Part shown: positions 58,689 to 64,000 of the stretch, piece by piece
How the letters are laid out: each line of letters starts with the position of its first letter
Position numbering within the stretch: the stretch's first letter is position 1
Origin: Clostridia bacterium
Lineage (GTDB): Bacteria; Bacillota; Clostridia; UBA1381; UMGS1253
Length of the DNA stretch: 64,000 nucleotides
Assembly (NCBI GenBank): GCA_045578865.1
Contig: JAZNLB010000013.1
Span: forward strand, 15,106-79,105
Reading direction: 5' to 3'
Position numbers and translations under genes: made by a program
The notes under the pieces: generated by a model
What the model saw: only the letters and a program-made list of their open reading frames with translations
What the model was told of the DNA's origin: nothing
Database searches by the model: none

Positions 58689-58716
58689 AGTATATGTACC
58701 GAGGCTGTTTTTATGC
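58689..58716 (-). promoter_or_regulatory. Putative sigma-E-type promoter for tspO
   Basis: Reverse complement GCATA-15-CATATACT. Confidence 0.5.
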
Positions 58717-59538
58717 TTTGGGAATATATTTATTCGGTGAGTGTCCGCAGTGCAGTTTGAAGGTTTTGGAAAAATAGGATAAATTTTCAAAACCGCTTTG
58801 CATACACGCTTCTGCGACGGTGTACTTGCCACTTTGCATCAGTTTTCTTGCATTTTCGCAACGCAGGGAATTCACATACTTTACAAACGAAACACCCGTT
58901 GCCTTTTTAAATTCGCGCGAAAAATGGTACTGACTTAAATTGACAATGCCTGCCACTTCGCTGATGCTGAGTTTTTGCGTGAAATGCGCGTGGATATAGT
59001 TAAGCGTCGCTTTGATGTTTTCCACCGTCTTGCTGGCGAAACGCTTGCGTACACCCTGTGCATTTTTAGAGTGGAAACGGGCAAGGTACACCAAAAGATT
59101 CAGTACGGCAGAGCGTATGGCGGCATGATAAAATGTCAGATTGCGGTCAGCAAAACTTTCTGCAACCTGCGTAAAAAGTGCACTTGCCTTTCCGTCCTGA
59201 ACATGATTTTGAAATAAAAGCGTTTCAAGATGGATATCATTTTCAATGCAAAATTTATTGTCAACCGTCAGGGAGTAGTAGCATAGCTCCTCCGTGGAGA
59301 CGACACAGTGCAAACTGTTTTCGTTGATGATAAAAATATCGCCGGGATTTACGGGAGTTGTGTGTGTATCGCATAGCACCGCACCTTTGCCGCCTGTAAA
59401 AAGAAGAAGCTCCATATGACTGTGCCAATGCGCCAGGCTATGGTTTTTTTCTGCTGATTTGCCTGCCGGGTTGTATTGGAAGACAAATGGCAATTTTGCG
59501 CCGGACAGGGTAGGGGTTTCGTAAAAATCAAATTTCAT
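58711..59538 (-). CDS. AraC family transcriptional regulator with cupin sensor domain
   Basis: HWH..MEL, H in cupin; YIH.HF...LS, HFSREFKK.TG.SF, GFENLSYFSK.FK. Confidence 0.93.
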   Translation of the reverse strand: MKFDFYETPTLSGAKLPFVFQYNPAGKSAEKNHSLAHWHSHMELLLFTGGKGAVLCDTHTTPVNPGDIFIINENSLHCVVSTEELCYYSLTVDNKFCIENDIHLETLLFQNHVQDGKASALFTQVAESFADRNLTFYHAAIRSAVLNLLVYLARFHSKNAQGVRKRFASKTVENIKATLNYIHAHFTQKLSISEVAGIVNLSQYHFSREFKKATGVSFVKYVNSLRCENARKLMQSGKYTVAEACMQSGFENLSYFSKTFKLHCGHSPNKYIPKA

Positions 59539-59784
59539 CAAATCACTCCGAAATAGCAAAATAATGTTAATAGCGCACAAAAGAATGTCTTGCCTTTTCT
59601 ATAAAACAGTATACAATATGCCTCAAGAAAAGACAATAAAAAGTTTTATGGTGCATCAAAAAATATTAAAACCGCAGTATTGTGCTGGCTCAATGAAATT
59701 TTTGTGCGAAATATTTGACAGGCCTAACTTTTTTGTATACAATGGATACGAAGTTTGAAATCAGCGAAATTTTGGAGGGACCGT

Positions 59785-60213
59785 ATGCGGATTTTAATTG
59801 ATGCGGACGGCTGTCCTGTCGTGCGCGCCTGCGTGCGTATTGCAAAAGAATACAAAATTGAGTGCATCATTTACTGTGACAGCGCACATGAAATCGAGGT
59901 GGATGGTGTCCAAACCGTTACGGTTTCAACAGGCGCAGACAGTGTGGATTTTTATTTGGTGAACCAGATTGAAAAGGGCGATATTGTGCTGACGCAGGAT
60001 TATGGTCTTGCGGCGATGTGCCTTGGAAAAGGGGCGCGCGCTTTAAATCAGAGCGGCATGGTGTATGGCGCAGACAATATGGATGCGCTTTTGTTTTCCA
60101 GATACAGTGCAAAAAAGGCGAGAATGGCGGGCGAGCGGGTTCGTGGTCCCCACAAAAGAAAGCCGCAGGAAGATGCGGCTTTCGAGAAGGCTTTGCGCCA
60201 AATGTTAGATTAA
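59785..60213 (+). CDS. YaiI/YqxD (UPF0178) family protein
   Basis: IDADGCPV, DSVD, GDIV.TQDYGLAA; TTGACA-17-TACAAT promoter upstream. Confidence 0.92.
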   Translation: MRILIDADGCPVVRACVRIAKEYKIECIIYCDSAHEIEVDGVQTVTVSTGADSVDFYLVNQIEKGDIVLTQDYGLAAMCLGKGARALNQSGMVYGADNMDALLFSRYSAKKARMAGERVRGPHKRKPQEDAAFEKALRQMLD

Positions 60214-60251
60214 GAGTCAAACAACGCCTTACATGGCAAAAAGCATCTTTT

Positions 60252-61217
60252 TTAAAGATATTCAATGTCCTGGCTGTGGCGCAGGGGATATGCGGTAATT
60301 TTATCCGAATTTAAATCCGCCTTGTGCATATTTACGGCGCGGATGCGGCGGTTTTCATAGGTGGTATAATAATAAATGCCTGAAGCGGTGTTACAGCATG
60401 AACTGTACACCGTTTTTTCATTGCCATTTTCGAGGCGCACGCAGCCGTTCGTTTGCGAAACACTTTCTAAAATGTGAAAAAATTGGCTGACACTTTCTTC
60501 CTCGCTTTCGCCCGACAGAGAGTTTTGCGCCGTAAAGGCGGCGCGCACGAAGCGGGACGCGGAAGATAAATCGCCGGGCAACCCGAATGCACCGAGTCCC
60601 CGACTGTACCCGCTTTTTGGAAGCGCATCGCTCAGGCGGTTTTCCTGTGCTGTGGCGCTCAGATGTGCATAGGCACGCAAATTTGCAATCTGAAAGTCAA
60701 ATGGGGGTGCATTGGTTAAGATGCCAACGGGATTTTCATAGAGTTGCATGCCGCTTTTTACCGGCTCTATGACCAAACTTTCGTGTGGATCGGAAACAAT
60801 CCAATGCAGTGTTGTATTGGGCAAATCTGCACTGAAAGGCAAATCGACAATTTGAAGGTTTTTTAGTTTTTCATGTACCTGAAAAACGGTTTCGCAGGCG
60901 GCCATGAGATAGGAAATCACTTCAAACGGCGCAAGCGCAGGTGCATTTGTCGGCGGCGGATAATAAGCATATTCGGGGAAATTTAAGGCGGCAATGCTTA
61001 AACCACGCTCATTTACAGCATCATAATATAGCGCAGTGGCGTCTATGGTGGTTGCCATGCCGACAAAGGCAAAATGCTTGGCGAGTGTGGGCAGGCGGCG
61101 AAAGGACAGCGGCAGATTGCGCGGTGTGAGCACAACTTGTTCGCCTAAACTTTGCTCCAAATCGAGATTGCGCCCGAAATAGTGGTGTTTTGTTTTATAA
61201 TTTACGGCAGTACACAT
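60252..61217 (-). CDS. Choloylglycine hydrolase / penicillin V acylase (Ntn hydrolase)
   Basis: N-terminal MC nucleophile, FGRNLD, NERGL, LTNAP, GLPGD.SS.SRF. Confidence 0.9.
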   Translation of the reverse strand: MCTAVNYKTKHHYFGRNLDLEQSLGEQVVLTPRNLPLSFRRLPTLAKHFAFVGMATTIDATALYYDAVNERGLSIAALNFPEYAYYPPPTNAPALAPFEVISYLMAACETVFQVHEKLKNLQIVDLPFSADLPNTTLHWIVSDPHESLVIEPVKSGMQLYENPVGILTNAPPFDFQIANLRAYAHLSATAQENRLSDALPKSGYSRGLGAFGLPGDLSSASRFVRAAFTAQNSLSGESEEESVSQFFHILESVSQTNGCVRLENGNEKTVYSSCCNTASGIYYYTTYENRRIRAVNMHKADLNSDKITAYPLRHSQDIEYL

Positions 61218-61265
61218 ACATTTATTTCACCTCGGTTACATTATGTGCAGATGCCCTGCTTTTTA

Positions 61266-61294
61266 TTGACAATTTATTTGGAATTTTATATACT
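61266..61294 (+). promoter_or_regulatory. Sigma-A promoter for GH3 gene
   Basis: TTGACA-17-TATACT. Confidence 0.7.
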
Positions 61295-61331
61295 TATTTG
61301 CAGAAGATTGTAGAATGTAAGGAGAAAAAAG

Positions 61332-62564
61332 ATGGACAGACGAACGATACACAGACGCGGCAGTTATAAAAATCAAAAAAAGAACGGCGGTTTCGGGTGG
61401 GCATTTTTAGCGGTTGCGGTGATTGTCGCCCTGGGTACGGCGCTGTATTTTGTGTGGCCGATGCTTACAGATAACACAGAGCAAAAGCAGAATGTAGTGC
61501 AGGAAAAACCGCATACGGATTTGACGGCAAAGTCGGTGCTTGCCGATATGACCTTAAAAGAAAAGGTGTATCAAATGCTTTTTGTCACCCCGGAGTCGAT
61601 TACGGGTGTAGGGCAGGTTGTTGTCGCCGGGGATACCACGCGTGCGGCGATTGAAAGTCAACCGGTCGGCGGACTTGTGTATTTTGCACCGAACCTGATG
61701 TCGCGCGAGCAGGTGAGCGATATGATTTCGGCAACACAGGGGTATTCAAAAATCGGACTTTTTACAGGGATAGACGAGGAGGGCGGTCGCGTATCACGCC
61801 TGACGGAAAATCCACAGCTCGGATATTCACCGCTGCCTTCGATGAAAGAAATCGGGGAAGGCGGCGAGCCGCAGGCGGCATATCAGCATGGCAAGACTCT
61901 GGCAGAGAGATTGACTAAGCTGGGATTTAATGTGGATTTTGCGCCGGTGGCGGATGTTTTAATCCATTCGGACAATACGGAAATCGGCAACCGAGCGTTC
62001 GGTCGGGATGCCGAAACGGTCGCTTTTATGGTGCCCGAGGTCGTTTCCGGTTTACAGGAGGGCGGCGTGCGTGCGGTGCTTAAACATTTTCCGGGGCACG
62101 GCAGTGCGCTTTCGGATGCACATACGGGCTATACAGAGAGTCTGCGTACCTATGACCAACTGCGTGAAACGGAGTTTTTGCCATTTGCGTCGGGCATAGA
62201 GGCGGGCGCAGATTTCGTGATGGTTTCGCACATCACCTTGGTCAATGAGGTCGAGGAGGATGTAGCGGCATCCCTGTCGTATGAGGTCGTGACCGAATGG
62301 CTCAAAGAAGAACTTGGCTTTGAGGGCATCATTATCACGGATTCGTTTGCGATGGGTGCCATTACGGAGCATTATTCGCAGGCGGAGGCGGCTGTGCTTG
62401 CCGTAAAAGCAGGGGTGGATATGATTTTAATTCCGGCAGATGTAGCGGCAGTGGCAGGTGCAATTATGGATGCGGTGGAAAGCGGAGAAATCAAGGAAGA
62501 GCGCATTGATGAAAGTGTGTCAAAAATTTTGATGTGTAAAGATAAAATGGGATTGTTGAAGTAA
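61332..62564 (+). CDS. Membrane-anchored GH3 beta-N-acetylhexosaminidase (NagZ-like)
   Basis: N-terminal TM, DEEGG.V.R, APVAD, KHFPGHG....D.H, IITD...MGA, AGVDM. Confidence 0.9.
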   Translation: MDRRTIHRRGSYKNQKKNGGFGWAFLAVAVIVALGTALYFVWPMLTDNTEQKQNVVQEKPHTDLTAKSVLADMTLKEKVYQMLFVTPESITGVGQVVVAGDTTRAAIESQPVGGLVYFAPNLMSREQVSDMISATQGYSKIGLFTGIDEEGGRVSRLTENPQLGYSPLPSMKEIGEGGEPQAAYQHGKTLAERLTKLGFNVDFAPVADVLIHSDNTEIGNRAFGRDAETVAFMVPEVVSGLQEGGVRAVLKHFPGHGSALSDAHTGYTESLRTYDQLRETEFLPFASGIEAGADFVMVSHITLVNEVEEDVAASLSYEVVTEWLKEELGFEGIIITDSFAMGAITEHYSQAEAAVLAVKAGVDMILIPADVAAVAGAIMDAVESGEIKEERIDESVSKILMCKDKMGLLK

Positions 62565-62571
62565 AGGGCAA

Positions 62572-62617
62572 AACAAAAAAAGCTGAACGGACAATAAAGT
62601 CCGTTCAGCTTTTTGTT
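62572..62617. terminator. Bidirectional terminator between GH3 and mreB-like gene
   Basis: aaaaagctgaacggac-aataaa-gtccgttcagcttttt. Confidence 0.85.
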
Positions 62618-62620
62618 ATT

Positions 62621-63676
62621 TTATTTTTCCAAATCGTACATATACGAGCCTTTGTCGCGCAACACATGCAGGTTGTCGAGCGATGCGCCCGTACCCTTTG
62701 CCACGCAAGAGAGCGGGTCATCTGCTAAGTATACATGAATGCCCGTCTTTTCCATAAGCAGTTTATCGAGGCCTTCAATCATCGCACCGCCGCCGGTCAT
62801 CACAATACCGTTTTCGGCAATATCGCCCACGAGTTCGGGCGGTGTGCGCTCAAGCACGGAGTGTACGGCATCGACAATCTGTATGGCAACTTCGTCGAGG
62901 GCATCGCGCACATCCTCGCTGGAAACATTGATGGACTGCGGCAGACCGGTCAAAAGCGAACGACCGCGCACCTCCATAAAGGTTTCCTTACCGTTGGGGT
63001 ACACGCTGCCGATTTCCTTTTTGAGTTCTTCCGCCGTTCTGTCACCGATAACCGCATTAAACTTTTTGCGGATGAAGCGCACGATGGCATCGTCAAATTT
63101 ATCACCTGCCACTTTGATGGAGGTGCTCACCACGATACCGCCGAGAGAAATGACCGCAATATCACTTGTACCACCGCCGATATCCACAATCATACTACCG
63201 CACGCACGGGCAATATCAATGCCCGCACCGATGGCTGCCGCGATTGGCTCTTCGATTAAGTAAACCTGTCTGCCACCTGCCTGCATAGCCGCATCTATTA
63301 CGGCTCTTTCCTCCACCTCGGTTACGCCGCTTGGTACACAAATCATAACTCTCGGTTTAAACAGACGGTTCTTTGTCACCTTGCGGATGAAGTATTTGAG
63401 CATCATCTCGGTCGTGGAGTAGTCGGAAATTACGCCTTCACGCATCGGACGCACTGCGGTGATGTTCCCCGGTGTACGACCGAGCATTTTTTGCGCTTCC
63501 GTACCAACGGCGTAGAGTTTGCCCGTGCCTTTGTCGATGGCAACCACGCTCGGCTCGCACAAAACGATGCCCTTGTCCTTGACATGCACCAGCACCGATG
63601 CGGTACCTAAGTCGATACCGATGTCGGTGGACATGCCAAACATGTTTTTAATTTTAGAAAAAAAAGAACTTGCCAT
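62621..63676 (-). CDS. mreB: Rod shape-determining protein MreB/Mbl family
   Basis: IGIDLGT, EPSVVA, EEP.AAAIGAG, VDIGGGT, TGGG; RBS aggagg. Confidence 0.93.
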   Translation of the reverse strand: MASSFFSKIKNMFGMSTDIGIDLGTASVLVHVKDKGIVLCEPSVVAIDKGTGKLYAVGTEAQKMLGRTPGNITAVRPMREGVISDYSTTEMMLKYFIRKVTKNRLFKPRVMICVPSGVTEVEERAVIDAAMQAGGRQVYLIEEPIAAAIGAGIDIARACGSMIVDIGGGTSDIAVISLGGIVVSTSIKVAGDKFDDAIVRFIRKKFNAVIGDRTAEELKKEIGSVYPNGKETFMEVRGRSLLTGLPQSINVSSEDVRDALDEVAIQIVDAVHSVLERTPPELVGDIAENGIVMTGGGAMIEGLDKLLMEKTGIHVYLADDPLSCVAKGTGASLDNLHVLRDKGSYMYDLEK

Positions 63677-63729
63677 TCTTCTGCCTCCTGAGGGGATAAC
63701 ACCCCAAATATATCATAGCTAATATACTC

Positions 63730-63757
63730 ATTATATACCATTTCCTGCTTTTGTCAA
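63730..63757 (-). promoter_or_regulatory. Sigma-A promoter for mreB-like gene
   Basis: Reverse complement TTGACA-16-TATAAT. Confidence 0.7.
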
Positions 63758-63835
63758 GTAGAACTCGACGCAGAATTTTGCGGGTGCGGTTTACATAATC
63801 ACATAAAATTCGGGAATTCAGGCGAACTTTTATGT

Positions 63836-63952
63836 TTTTCCACAGAGTTATCCACAAAAAACATATGTTCTGCACATAGTTTTCCTTGAAAATACGCATT
63901 TTGCAAAAAGTTATCCACATAACATGTGCAAAAAACGGAACGGTTTTCCACA
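63836..63952 (+). promoter_or_regulatory. Cluster of five co-oriented DnaA boxes
   Basis: TTTTCCACA 63836, TTATCCACA 63848, TTCTGCACA 63868, TTATCCACA 63911, TTTTCCACA 63944. Confidence 0.75.
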
Positions 63953-64000
63953 TGAAAGAGGTTTACATAATGTAAAATTTGATGAATTTTAGAGAAGAAA

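Noticed and set aside
59564-59758. Small ORF between araC and yaiI
   Set aside because: No RBS, it overlaps promoter elements, and it has no recognisable features.
1-64000. CRISPR array, prophage, IS transposase, integrase, defence system, intein in PolC
   Set aside because: I saw no regularly spaced repeats or hallmark proteins, and PolC is collinear with no insertion.

Overview
Mostly + strand core-genome segment of a spore-forming Clostridia (Bacillota) bacterium, about 50% GC by eye. Housekeeping content runs: 3' end of murT, gatD, hpf, pdxK with an ECF-S gene, cdaA-cdaR, polC, galE, gltX, uvrC-pgeF, the conserved yloC-remA-gmk-rpoZ-coaBC-priA-def-fmt-yugP-rsmB-rlmN-prpC-prkC-rsgA-rpe-thiN string, a dcw cluster (mraZ-rsmH-ftsL-spoVD/ftsI-murE-murF-mraY-ftsW/spoVE-murG-murA-ftsQ-ftsZ; no murD or ftsA here), recX-rimO-pgsA, and an accessory tail (OCD-family, acyltransferase-3, TspO, AraC, YaiI, bile-salt-hydrolase/PVA, GH3 NagZ, MreB-like). 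I saw no rRNA, tRNA, CRISPR array, prophage or transposase. The best candidate for an uncharacterised system is a DeoR-controlled three-enzyme module (archaeal-type TIM, CBS-less KdsD-like SIS, extended YjbQ) at 16.4-19.2 kb. Other notable items are a GatD lacking its catalytic Cys, a PrkC with HQD instead of HRD, a PolC with a shortened N-terminus, several families of palindromic intergenic repeats, sporulation-type promoters on tspO, bsh and murA, and a five-box DnaA cluster at the right edge. All calls come from reading the sequence by eye; no searches were run.
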